A stretch of 54,146 nucleotides of DNA from an uncultured archaeon (GTDB lineage: Archaea; Iainarchaeota; Iainarchaeia; JAADDC01). The stretch covers positions 1-54,146 of the forward strand of contig CAYVHT010000001.1 of assembly GCA_964451455.1 (NCBI GenBank). Direction: 5' to 3'. The position numbers and the translations under genes are program-made. The notes under the pieces were generated by a model, which had not been told where the DNA came from, did no database searches, and saw nothing but the letters and a program-made list of their open reading frames with translations. This document shows, in pieces, positions 1 to 9,866 of the stretch. Position 1 is the first letter of the stretch, and every line of letters starts with the position of its first letter.

Positions 1-2
1 AT

Positions 3-92
3 AAACCGTGGACAGAAACAATAGCACTCTCAGCACTCATTCTCGCGCTAGGTTATGTGTATTATAGAATGTTCAAGCGAGATAACCACTAA
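3..92 (+). CDS. C-terminal fragment of a CDS truncated by the window edge (unknown, probably membrane protein)
   Basis: Open frame from the edge reading ...TIALSALILALGYVYYRMFKRDNH, TAA at 90-92. Hydrophobic helix then basic tail. Too short to name. Confidence 0.3.
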   Translation, partial: KPWTETIALSALILALGYVYYRMFKRDNH

Positions 93-1882
93 CAGGCGCG
101 CAGGCAGTTCGAGTCACAGTCAAATTTAGAAAAATCGTCGGAATTCGCATATATGTAATGACCAATGCCGCAATTGCGGCAAGTCGGCCGAGCAAATGTA
201 TAATCGACCGCAGTATGGTTGCCACAGAGGTTGATGTCACCATGGGAGAGGTCAAAAATGAGACTAGTAACATCGTTTCCAATAGTGACACCCGCATACG
301 CGTCTGATACGGCACCGGGACCAAAAATAACAAAGGTATTAGCACCGTCCAACGCAAGCCCGCCGCCCTCGAGAGTTACTCCATTCAAATCGACATTACA
401 ATCACCGCTAGAATACGACAGAAGCATATATCCGCAGTACCCGGGTGACAGAGCATACGAGTTCCCGTCCAAAAACACCTCTAAATACTCCTTGCCATTA
501 CTGCAGAACATATTTGAAATCGTGGGAAAACGCGGGGCGAGGTAAAAATCATACCCAGTTCCTGTGCGCACAAGATTCACGTCAATGAGCGAATACTGTT
601 TCCCAGTTGCATCTATCCCCATGTTCTTAGGATATTTCACAACAGCATGAGTGAGTTGAGTGTACCTCGACAGTACAACGCACGCCTCGCGGTCAAAATA
701 TACTGACGCGCACGAATAGTTTACATCATACCACTCGGAAGATATGTCCAAATACGCGCAAGAGCCATCTTTCACATCAATATGCGCTGCACGTACCGGT
801 ACCGGGCTATCATCAAAGCATATTCCGCCCCCAACCACGCGTAGATTGTTAAATTCCAAGTATCCTGTACCCCCCACTGAATAAGTATCAACAACATACT
901 CTCCGGTAAGCGTAACCTGGTGGCCATTGCCGTCAAAGGCGATGTGTGCTTCCGACGATAGAGTTGTATTTGTGGCCAAAATGCACACACCTCCTGAGCA
1001 GAAATACCCGTTAAAGTACGTAATATCCGAACTGTCAGGAGCAAGATCCGTGAGTAGAACGACCAAAACATTCTTTCCAGTAGACGCAATAGAGGGCGCG
1101 ACATCGTTTAGATCGTGGGTGCATGATTTACAAGAATCGCAACCCAACTCCACAGTTCCGTCGCAGTCGTTATCGTTCAGATCATCTAAAAACTCCGTAG
1201 GAGTTTCTAACCAAAGAGTATCAGATCCGTGCACTTCGCAGTAGTAAGTCCCAGAGGGTAGCGTGAGAGAGGAGCACACCATAGCGTTCGATTCGTCACA
1301 AACGTACGAAGCAGAGTCTACAACCGTGCAGTACCCCCCAAGACAACCCATATCGTCCAGCTCCAAGACGTTGCCAGATAGCCGAATAACATCGGGGCAT
1401 TCAGAATCATCATAGCACTGCACCGGGACCGTCATGGACCTAGAAACGAGCCCCGTGTTATCAAACGTTAGCTTGACGGTATATTCGCCAGGAGGTTGTG
1501 CAGAACCTATATTAGCGCAGCTGCGCCGAATATCCTTGCCCGAAAATTCGAGAGTATCATCCTCCAAAGCACCCTGGGCAACAAGACGGTCTGCAGAATC
1601 GTAAAGATATACCATCCCGTGCTCGTACGAAACACCTGCATCAGAAGACACGTAAACACAAATCTCTGCAACGCCCGTATCTGCATTGTAATCATAGGCA
1701 GAAAAAACAATAGTTGGAGGGTGTTTTGGAACCGAGAAAGACATATTACTAGAAACAAGGGCAACCGTCTGCGCGTAAAAAAGAATTGCTAAGCCTGCGG
1801 CTACGGAGACCATCAGAATAGTGCCAACCGCCTCGGAGCTACCCTTTGTCCAGAACGCGCCAATCGCCAAGAAAATATACAT
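89..1882 (-). CDS. Large N-terminally anchored, Cys-rich extracellular protein with beta-helix-like repeats (function unknown)
   Basis: 624-aa ORF trimmed to ATG 1882 (MYIFLAIGAFW...) so it does not overlap divergent ppaC. Single N-terminal TM (GTILMVSVAAGLAILFY). Acidic DDLNDNDCDGTVELGCDSC motif. Repeated G-rich turns (NNLRVVGGGICFDDS, VTLEGGGLALDGAN). Many Cys. Confidence 0.6.
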   Translation of the reverse strand: MYIFLAIGAFWTKGSSEAVGTILMVSVAAGLAILFYAQTVALVSSNMSFSVPKHPPTIVFSAYDYNADTGVAEICVYVSSDAGVSYEHGMVYLYDSADRLVAQGALEDDTLEFSGKDIRRSCANIGSAQPPGEYTVKLTFDNTGLVSRSMTVPVQCYDDSECPDVIRLSGNVLELDDMGCLGGYCTVVDSASYVCDESNAMVCSSLTLPSGTYYCEVHGSDTLWLETPTEFLDDLNDNDCDGTVELGCDSCKSCTHDLNDVAPSIASTGKNVLVVLLTDLAPDSSDITYFNGYFCSGGVCILATNTTLSSEAHIAFDGNGHQVTLTGEYVVDTYSVGGTGYLEFNNLRVVGGGICFDDSPVPVRAAHIDVKDGSCAYLDISSEWYDVNYSCASVYFDREACVVLSRYTQLTHAVVKYPKNMGIDATGKQYSLIDVNLVRTGTGYDFYLAPRFPTISNMFCSNGKEYLEVFLDGNSYALSPGYCGYMLLSYSSGDCNVDLNGVTLEGGGLALDGANTFVIFGPGAVSDAYAGVTIGNDVTSLIFDLSHGDINLCGNHTAVDYTFARPTCRNCGIGHYIYANSDDFSKFDCDSNCLRAC

Positions 1883-1942
1883 TTCCTCGTATAAAAAACT
1901 ATTCCTTAAAACACAACGGGACAAATCAAATTGGTGATGCGC

Positions 1943-2857
1943 ATGATACACGTGTTCGGCCACAAAATCCCAGACACGGACGCCATATGCTCAGCGGTAG
2001 GCTATGCATACCTGCTAAACAAGATCGGAAAGGAGGCAAAGGCCTTCAGGCTCGGCGAACCCAACGCAGAAACAAAGCTCGTGCTGGAGCGGTTCGGAGT
2101 GGAAGCGCCAGAGTTGTTAGATAACGCTGCCGGAAAAGACGTCTGGCTTATGGACCACAACGAGTTCACCCAGAGCGCCGACGGAATAGAAGAAGCAAAC
2201 ATCATAGGCGTTATTGATCACCACAAGATAAAGTTCTCCTACGACAAGCCAATAACGTACATATCACTCCCGTGGGGCTCTTCCTCCACAATCGTAGCAA
2301 AGCTCTACGAGGTTTACGGCGTTGAGATTCTCAAGGAAATTGCGGGTTGTCTCCTGAGCGCCATACTCTCCGACACGGTGATCTTTAAGTCCCCAACAAC
2401 AACAGAGGTCGACAGGGAGATCGCAGCGAAATTGGCAGCAATAGCGGGCGTAGACGACATGACGAAGTGGGGTATAGAGATGTTCAAGGCTAAGAGCAAG
2501 ATTGGAGAGAAAAGCGCTAGAGAGATCGTGCTTAACGACTACAAGGTCTATGAATTTGCTGGCAAGAAATTCCTCATAAACCAGGTGGAAGTCATAGACG
2601 ACTCAGAGGTACTCCAGAGGAAGGACGAGATCCTTGCAGAGATGGAGAAGGTTAAAGACGAGCAGGGCCTGTTCGCAGTGCTTACAATGGTCACAGATAT
2701 CATGAAAGAGGGTACGACGCTCCTCGTGGTAGCAGACGACTACACACCCGTGGAGAAAGCCTTCGGTAAGAAGGTGGAAAACGGTACGATCTGGCTGCCC
2801 GGCGTGATGTCTAGAAAGAAACAGGTCGTACCACCACTGGAAAAGGTTTTCCAGTAG
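1943..2857 (+). CDS. ppaC: Family II (Mn-dependent, DHH) inorganic pyrophosphatase
   Basis: MIHVFGHKIPDTDAICSA N-terminus, VIDHHK (DHH motif), C-terminal GVMSRKKQVVPPL, about 305 aa. ORF opens at TTG 1931; ATG 1943 chosen. Confidence 0.9.
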   Translation: MIHVFGHKIPDTDAICSAVGYAYLLNKIGKEAKAFRLGEPNAETKLVLERFGVEAPELLDNAAGKDVWLMDHNEFTQSADGIEEANIIGVIDHHKIKFSYDKPITYISLPWGSSSTIVAKLYEVYGVEILKEIAGCLLSAILSDTVIFKSPTTTEVDREIAAKLAAIAGVDDMTKWGIEMFKAKSKIGEKSAREIVLNDYKVYEFAGKKFLINQVEVIDDSEVLQRKDEILAEMEKVKDEQGLFAVLTMVTDIMKEGTTLLVVADDYTPVEKAFGKKVENGTIWLPGVMSRKKQVVPPLEKVFQ

Positions 2858-2870
2858 CCCTTTTATTTCC
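2858..2870 (+). terminator. C-run/T-run motif (cccttttatttcc) immediately after the ppaC stop; possible oligo-T terminator
   Basis: Same C3-4 T4-5 A T pattern follows the stops at 12020, 20647 and 29445. Confidence 0.35.
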
Positions 2871-2937
2871 TAATTCTATACCTATTCTTGCCGCTCGGTG
2901 TGCGGGAGTAGAGGCCTCAAAATCCAGAGCGACGGCT

Positions 2938-3022
2938 GCGGGGGTGGCCGAGCGGTCAAAGGCGTCGGACTTAAGATCCGATGGGCGTAGGCCCTGCGCG
3001 GGTTCAACTCCCGCCCCCCGCA
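2938..3022 (+). tRNA. tRNA-Leu (anticodon TAA), class II, no intron, no encoded CCA
   Basis: Hand-folded cloverleaf: acceptor GCGGGGG/CCCCCGC, anticodon arm TCGGA-CTTAAGA-TCCGA, long variable arm, T arm GCGGG-TTCAACT-CCCGC, discriminator A. Confidence 0.9.
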
Positions 3023-3025
3023 CTA

Positions 3026-3042
3026 CACCAACTGCTTTGGTG
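3026..3042 (+). other. tRNA 3'-trailer hairpin CACCAA-ctgct-TTGGTG
   Basis: 6-bp perfect stem starting 4 nt after the tRNA-Leu(TAA) discriminator. Confidence 0.5.
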
Positions 3043-3134
3043 GCGCGCGCCCAGCGTGCGCTCACTTCGTTCGCTTAGCTGGCCAATCCCCGCTTCTTGC
3101 ATAATTGCATGTCGGAGACAGGCAGTTAGCTCAC
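3037..3134 (+). repeat. GC-rich two-block element, copy A (blocks 3037-3079 and 3094-3134)
   Basis: By-eye alignment to the reverse complement of 45617-45715: block 1 36/43 identical, block 2 about 33/40 identical, separated by a 14-15 nt variable spacer. Confidence 0.75.
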
Positions 3135-3155
3135 CCCGGCTCGGTGCGGCGAGCC

Positions 3156-3174
3156 TTCAACTCCCGCCCCCGCA
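3156..3174 (+). repeat. Partial duplicate of the tRNA-Leu(TAA) 3' end (att-like direct repeat)
   Basis: ttcaactcccgcccccgca here versus ttcaactcccgccccccgca at 3003-3022 (one C fewer). The upstream T-stem half is not duplicated, so this is not a functional tRNA. Confidence 0.8.
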
Positions 3175-3176
3175 CC

Positions 3177-3184
3177 TATATAAA
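3177..3184 (+). promoter_or_regulatory. TATA box (TATATAAA) for the leaderless CaCA gene
   Basis: 29 nt upstream of GTG 3206. No Shine-Dalgarno between them. Confidence 0.45.
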
Positions 3185-3205
3185 GCCAATTGCTCCGATG
3201 AGTAG

Positions 3206-4129
3206 GTGCTAGCCGCAATTGTACTCATGGTCGGTCTTCTTGCCCTCATAAAGGCTGCCAACATGACGATAACCGCCACGGAGAACATAGCCACGAAAAA
3301 AGGCTGGTCAAACTATGGTGCAGCGACGATACTCATCGCCACAATGACATCCCTGCCAGAACTGTTCGTCAGCGTGCTGGCTGCTCTGCACGGCGACTAC
3401 GCGGTGGTAACAGGAACAGTATTCGGGTCAGTCGTGGGACTTCTGCTCCTATCCCTCGGACTGATAGGCCTTATCGCAAACGTGCGATTTACAGAAGGAG
3501 AACGGGCTCTCGGAAGAAAAGCAGTATTAACCATCATATACGTGGCGATCCTTGCAATAGTATTGCCCGCAATACCCTGGTTCGTCGGGATTCTCGTGCT
3601 GCTGGGCTACCTATACTATGCAAAGGAAGCTACAAAAGTGTCCGAGGTGGGGAAAAAAGAGCCCGATGGGACGGCAGAGGGAAGCATCCGTAAGGAGGCA
3701 GTCACCCTCATTATCGGAATAGCACTCCTGCTTGGTTCCGCAGAGGCTGTGGTGTGGTCCATAGAAGCCCTCGCAAAAGAGTATGGGATCGCACCATTCG
3801 TCATATCATTCATCCTAGTGGCACTGGGCACTAACCTGCCCGAAATCAGCGTAGAAATAACATCCACCCTAAAAAACAGGGCAGAAATTGCACTGGGAGA
3901 CATTGTCGGAAGCGCGGTGGCAGACACAACTGTTGTACTCGGGACAGCAGCCATAGTTGCCAAAACGCTTCCAATCACGATGACTGCACACGTAGGGGCA
4001 GCGATTCTTATGGGTAGCGCACTCCTAGCATGGAAAATAGAAAGTGGGAAAAAGCTAACGATGTGGGAGTCGTTGGGGCTTATTCTGGCATACTTCCTAG
4101 TTATTGCGACGGAGATGGCGCTGGGCTAG
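3206..4129 (+). CDS. Na+/Ca2+ exchanger family (CaCA, YrbG/NCX_Mj-like) membrane protein
   Basis: Two alpha-repeat signatures (ATMTSLPELFVS; GTNLPEISVE ... GDIVGSAVAD). About 10 TM. GTG start. Confidence 0.8.
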   Translation: MLAAIVLMVGLLALIKAANMTITATENIATKKGWSNYGAATILIATMTSLPELFVSVLAALHGDYAVVTGTVFGSVVGLLLLSLGLIGLIANVRFTEGERALGRKAVLTIIYVAILAIVLPAIPWFVGILVLLGYLYYAKEATKVSEVGKKEPDGTAEGSIRKEAVTLIIGIALLLGSAEAVVWSIEALAKEYGIAPFVISFILVALGTNLPEISVEITSTLKNRAEIALGDIVGSAVADTTVVLGTAAIVAKTLPITMTAHVGAAILMGSALLAWKIESGKKLTMWESLGLILAYFLVIATEMALG

Positions 4130-5336
4130 TGACCTCAACAGTGTCCGGATGATCGCGCAGGTATTTCCAGACAAGGAAGGCCCCGAGAATGTTTGTCCAG
4201 AGGATCGTCACAGAAACGGCCTGCAGAAAAATATTGACGACTGCACCAGAGAAACCATGGGAAGTAAGGGCAACGAATACGATCGCTGACAAAACCGCCT
4301 CGCCTAGACCACGGGGCAACAGAATTGCCAGCCGCCAGGGATCTGAAATGTCCATAAACTTTGCGGCAACGTAGCGAGCGCCAAGAGATGCTAAAGACAG
4401 AAGAACGGCAAACGCCCAAACAGCAAGATCCACCGTCGGGCTAAAGATGACTCCAAGAAACACGAAGAAGAACACACGAACGAAGAAAGTTATTTCCCTG
4501 TGCAGCTGAATCATGTTCACCATGCGGAGCGGCGACACGATGTGCAGGTTAGTCAGCGTCATACCAAAAACAAGGGCAAAAAGCGGCCCATTCCCTCCGA
4601 ACTCCTGCATAATAGCGTAGAAGAGCAAAAGCGTGGCAAAGGTGAGCATGTAAGAGTATGACTTGTTGCCCAGATTCTTGAGGACCTTCTCCCAACCATA
4701 GCCCACAAGAATTCCAAAGACTATGGAAACGGAGAACGCAGACAAGATACTCTTCACGGGCACAGTCCAGTCTGGATTTGGTGTTAAAATGAATTGGAGA
4801 AACGCAAGAACGAATACCACGTTGTAAATATTTGTAATCGTGGACTCCAACTCCAACAGAGTCTGCGTCTTTGGATCGAGGCCCAAACGCTTTCCAAGAG
4901 TAATTACAATAGCTGCACTAGTCCCCCCGAGCAAGAAACCAAGGGTAAACGCAAGGGTCCAGTCCCAGTGAAAGAGTAAGGCCGCAAAGATGCCACCAAA
5001 AATCGCAGACGTGAAGTAATGTGCCGTAGCATAGTAGAAAGAGCGTGGAGCCTCCTTTATTACGCGTTGAACGTCCAAGTTCATCCCAGTCTCAAACATA
5101 ATCACTGCAATGGCAAGAGAGGCCATGAGATCTGCAAAGGACTTAAATGCGTCGGGGTTGAAAATTTGGGCAATAATGGAATGTGGCCAGAACATATTAG
5201 CGATTGGGCCAAAGAGAATGCCAAGAAGTAGCAGGATGAGTGAGTCAGGAATCTTTATTCGGTCGAAAAAGTAGTCTGCGAAGAAGCCCACGTAAATGAG
5301 CGCCGCTACAATGACGAAAATCACGGAAACGAACAT
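4101..5336 (-). CDS. Cation:proton antiporter (Na+/H+ exchanger, CPA family)
   Basis: 411 aa, 11-12 TM. N-terminus FFDRIKIPDSLILLLLGILFGP is typical of CPA1/CPA2. Convergent 29-nt overlap with the CaCA gene. Confidence 0.75.
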   Translation of the reverse strand: MFVSVIFVIVAALIYVGFFADYFFDRIKIPDSLILLLLGILFGPIANMFWPHSIIAQIFNPDAFKSFADLMASLAIAVIMFETGMNLDVQRVIKEAPRSFYYATAHYFTSAIFGGIFAALLFHWDWTLAFTLGFLLGGTSAAIVITLGKRLGLDPKTQTLLELESTITNIYNVVFVLAFLQFILTPNPDWTVPVKSILSAFSVSIVFGILVGYGWEKVLKNLGNKSYSYMLTFATLLLFYAIMQEFGGNGPLFALVFGMTLTNLHIVSPLRMVNMIQLHREITFFVRVFFFVFLGVIFSPTVDLAVWAFAVLLSLASLGARYVAAKFMDISDPWRLAILLPRGLGEAVLSAIVFVALTSHGFSGAVVNIFLQAVSVTILWTNILGAFLVWKYLRDHPDTVEVTSPAPSPSQ

Positions 5337-5438
5337 GGTGTTAAAAGGATTCCAATAAATAAAAATTTACGGGATGATGATAGCGACGTGTCCTGATACG
5401 ATGAGGACATTGCCTCCCGACTGACCGGTTGTGATATC

Positions 5439-6329
5439 ATGCTTGAAGGATTAGCACTCCTCGCAGACAAGCACGCGGCAACGTACATCCTCCTTGCAGT
5501 CCTTGTATATTTCGGCAGTGCGTTCCTCTACGCACTACGAGAATACGTTGCCATAAAAGGATTTGGAAAACGCGCGGACTACTGGGAGCTCCTAAAGGCG
5601 TACTTCGCAGGCCTTTTCGTGAACAACATCACCCCCATGGCGAGAGCAGGCGGAGAGGCCCTACGAATCGTATGGATAAACCAGAAAAACAAGGTGCCTA
5701 AATCCACGGTAACCGCAGCCATCATATATGAGCGAGCAACAGAAGGGCCAATCATTGGCGTTCTGGCAATACTCGCAGCCGCCAGCTACCACTTCACGTG
5801 GCTCACAACACTTCTTGTTGTTTTAGCCGTGATTGGGGGCATTACACTCATGGCACGAAGTGACATGCTACTGCGCGCAGTAGAGCGACTGTCCGGGGAA
5901 AAACTAGACGAAAGGACAAAAAAACTGCTGGAAAAAGGACTCCGATTTGGGCCAACTGCTGCAGTTGTCACAATTCTATCTGCAACAATCTGGACGTTGG
6001 ACGTGGTAAGAATATGGCTTGAGCTAAATGCAGTTAGAGCCACAACAGGCGTTGCCGTCGCCCTAACAACATCTGTGGCGAACGTTCTCCTTGGAGTCAT
6101 GGGGGTAACGCCAGGAGGCGTCGGAATCGTAGAAGGTGGGCTAATAGGAACTCTTGTGAGCCTAGGATTCAGTGTGGGGGACGCGGCAAAATTCGTGGCG
6201 ATAGAAAGGGGCATAGCATTGGTGCTCGCTAGCATAGTTGGGTTCATTGTTATGAGCATCTACGGGGGAAAGGAAGCATGGAGACTCTTAAAATCGCGAT
6301 GGCGACGGACTGGTTCCTCCCGCGAGTAG
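5439..6329 (+). CDS. Flippase-like / lysyl-PG-synthase TM-region (UPF0104) membrane protein
   Basis: Multi-TM with FAGLFVNNITPMARAGGEALRIVWI motif. Lies upstream of a glycosyltransferase, as is common for this family. Confidence 0.6.
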   Translation: MLEGLALLADKHAATYILLAVLVYFGSAFLYALREYVAIKGFGKRADYWELLKAYFAGLFVNNITPMARAGGEALRIVWINQKNKVPKSTVTAAIIYERATEGPIIGVLAILAAASYHFTWLTTLLVVLAVIGGITLMARSDMLLRAVERLSGEKLDERTKKLLEKGLRFGPTAAVVTILSATIWTLDVVRIWLELNAVRATTGVAVALTTSVANVLLGVMGVTPGGVGIVEGGLIGTLVSLGFSVGDAAKFVAIERGIALVLASIVGFIVMSIYGGKEAWRLLKSRWRRTGSSRE

Positions 6330-7477
6330 GCGGCGTGGAATACCACGTAGCGACAATCTCTGAACTGTTAACAGAAAGAGGCCACGAAGTGCATGTGCTC
6401 ACGAATGCACTCTTCGGGCAGGGCAAATATCCCTACGTAGTGCACAGAATAGACAAGGGCATTAATCTTCGCTTCTGGAACGTGCGCGTAGGCTATAGCA
6501 TGGCAAAAGAAATCGCAGACATCATAAAGAAGGAACACTACGACATTGTGCACGGCCATAATTACTTTTCACCCATCTCTGCAACGGCAATGAATATCGC
6601 TTCAGGCATATACGGTATTCCGAGCATCATGACAATACATTCTATGGGCGAGGGGCCCATACGGCATATGGAACGGTTCTTCGCAAACCAAGCCACGGCG
6701 AAGGTAACCGCATTCATCGCGATTAGCTCCGTTACAGAAGAATACCTCCGAAACCTCCTGGGCAAGAACATGAGGGCCAGAAAGGTGTGGAGAATACCAA
6801 ACGGAGTAGATACTGAAAGGTGGAAGCCACCAAAGAACAAAGAGGAAGCGAAGGAAAAAATAGGTGTGAACGGACCCATCATCCTTACCGCGTCACGCCT
6901 CTCCATACGCAAGAGAGTAAACGCTGTGCCAAAAATCGCCAAAATGGTGGTAAAAGAACACCCAGAGGCAAAGTTCATCATAGTGGGAGATGGCGTGGAG
7001 CGAAAGACCATTGAAACGAGCATACGGCAGAAAAAGCTCGGCAACAACGTCATAATGGTGGGGGCGAAGCCCAGGGAAGAAGTGGTGCAGTATATGAAGG
7101 CTGCCGACATATACCTGGACCCAACAAAAATTGAAGCTCTGGGAATGGCAGTAATCGAAGCACAGGCCTGCGGAGTGCCAGGACTGGGCTACATAAAGTC
7201 AGGGGTGCGTGACATCGTAGAAAATGGCAAGAATGGATTCCTGTACCGCAAGGACAAAGAAGCGGCAGAACAGATCAAATATCTCCTGGATAATCCCGAT
7301 GAACTCAAAAGAATGGGAAAGCACGCAAGAGAGATTGCCGCAGAACGCTACGACTGGAAGAAGATCATCAAGGACCTGGAACGGGCGTATAGAACAACGA
7401 TAAGTGATTACGAGTACAGACCGTATAAAATATACGAGGTGTGGAAGAGATGGAAAGAGCGAAAGAAATCATACTGA
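6278..7477 (+). CDS. Glycosyltransferase family 4 (GT-B fold)
   Basis: LKIAMATDWFLPRVGGVEYHV N-terminus. C-terminal EALGMAVIEAQACGVP ... ENGKNGFL (E-x7-E region). Confidence 0.85.
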   Translation: METLKIAMATDWFLPRVGGVEYHVATISELLTERGHEVHVLTNALFGQGKYPYVVHRIDKGINLRFWNVRVGYSMAKEIADIIKKEHYDIVHGHNYFSPISATAMNIASGIYGIPSIMTIHSMGEGPIRHMERFFANQATAKVTAFIAISSVTEEYLRNLLGKNMRARKVWRIPNGVDTERWKPPKNKEEAKEKIGVNGPIILTASRLSIRKRVNAVPKIAKMVVKEHPEAKFIIVGDGVERKTIETSIRQKKLGNNVIMVGAKPREEVVQYMKAADIYLDPTKIEALGMAVIEAQACGVPGLGYIKSGVRDIVENGKNGFLYRKDKEAAEQIKYLLDNPDELKRMGKHAREIAAERYDWKKIIKDLERAYRTTISDYEYRPYKIYEVWKRWKERKKSY

Positions 7478-8172
7478 GCTTCGACGTGGAGCAAGACGCG
7501 CCGCCATACCTACACACGTTCACGGGAATCAAGGATGGGCTCCCAAAAATCCTTGCGGTGCTCAGGGAGAAGAAAGTAAACGCAACGTTGTTTACCACTG
7601 GAGAAGTAGCGGAAAAGTTCCCGGAAGCCATAGAAAACATTGTGAGGGACGGGCACGAGCTCGGAAGCCACGGCTACGATCACAAACGGTTTGACCGAAT
7701 GGATAGTAAGGAGGCAAAAGAGAACATAGCAAAATCCATGGACGTGTTGCTATCATTCTATGATGTGGTAAGCTTCCGCGCGCCGAACCTGAAGTTTCCA
7801 ATGGAATACTACGGGTTTTTGGAAGACAACAAGATAAGATACGACTCATCACAGGCAATCTATAAGGGCTGGAAGCGGGGAGTGGCAAAGGTGGGAAATA
7901 TTCTTGTAATTCCAGTCACTGTGACGAGTATCTTCTTCCGCTTGCCAAAAGGGATCCTGGAGCGCATCGTGGAAAAAAGTGCAAGCCCCGTAGTGCTCTT
8001 CTCACACCCCTGGGAGTACTCCGGTGTGCGAGTGTGGCGACCAGATCTTTGGTGGAATGCAGGAGACTATGCCGTAAAGAGACTGTCCGAATTCATAGAC
8101 TGGGCAAAAACTAAGGGCTATAGATTCAAAACGGTAAAAGAATGGGGGGATCAGGTGGAGAAGCTCACCTGA
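7450..8172 (+). CDS. Polysaccharide deacetylase (NodB homology, CE4)
   Basis: ILSFDVEQD, ATLFTTGEVAEKFPE, DGHELGSHGYDH motifs. GAGGTG SD 8 nt before ATG 7450 (ORF opens at GTG 7441). Confidence 0.8.
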   Translation: MERAKEIILSFDVEQDAPPYLHTFTGIKDGLPKILAVLREKKVNATLFTTGEVAEKFPEAIENIVRDGHELGSHGYDHKRFDRMDSKEAKENIAKSMDVLLSFYDVVSFRAPNLKFPMEYYGFLEDNKIRYDSSQAIYKGWKRGVAKVGNILVIPVTVTSIFFRLPKGILERIVEKSASPVVLFSHPWEYSGVRVWRPDLWWNAGDYAVKRLSEFIDWAKTKGYRFKTVKEWGDQVEKLT

Positions 8173-8549
8173 ACGTCAAAGAACTCCTTCACCTCTGGCT
8201 TAAAGAAGTACCAGAGAACTATCGCAGAAATTACCGCACCAGCGATATCCCTGCCAAAGATGCTGAGAACGCCAATTCCAGAAAATATAACTTCAAGCCA
8301 CCAGGCCCAACTCTTGCCGACCCAGAGTCCCCAGGACACGATAAGTATAATTATGCTAGACACAAGTACAGCGATACCGCCAGCAGCCACCAAGCCGCCA
8401 GCCACTGCAGCGCTCTGCTCATACATGGATGCGAACATCCCTGCACCGGCAAGCATTAAAAGGCCGCCCAGAACGCCAAGGGCTCCGAAAATAAATCCAA
8501 GGACCGCCACGATCGTTACGCCTATGGGTCTCTCCTTATCTTCAACCAT
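8151..8549 (-). CDS. Small 4-TM membrane protein, unknown function
   Basis: 132-aa ORF with Gly/Ala-rich hydrophobic segments. No recognisable motif. Confidence 0.45.
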   Translation of the reverse strand: MVEDKERPIGVTIVAVLGFIFGALGVLGGLLMLAGAGMFASMYEQSAAVAGGLVAAGGIAVLVSSIIILIVSWGLWVGKSWAWWLEVIFSGIGVLSIFGRDIAGAVISAIVLWYFFKPEVKEFFDVQVSFST

Positions 8550-8588
8550 TGTACCACCGGTAGAATATAGAAAAAGGGATATATAAAG

Positions 8589-9853
<1,265 letters not shown>

Positions 9854-9866
9854 AAAAACCACCACC

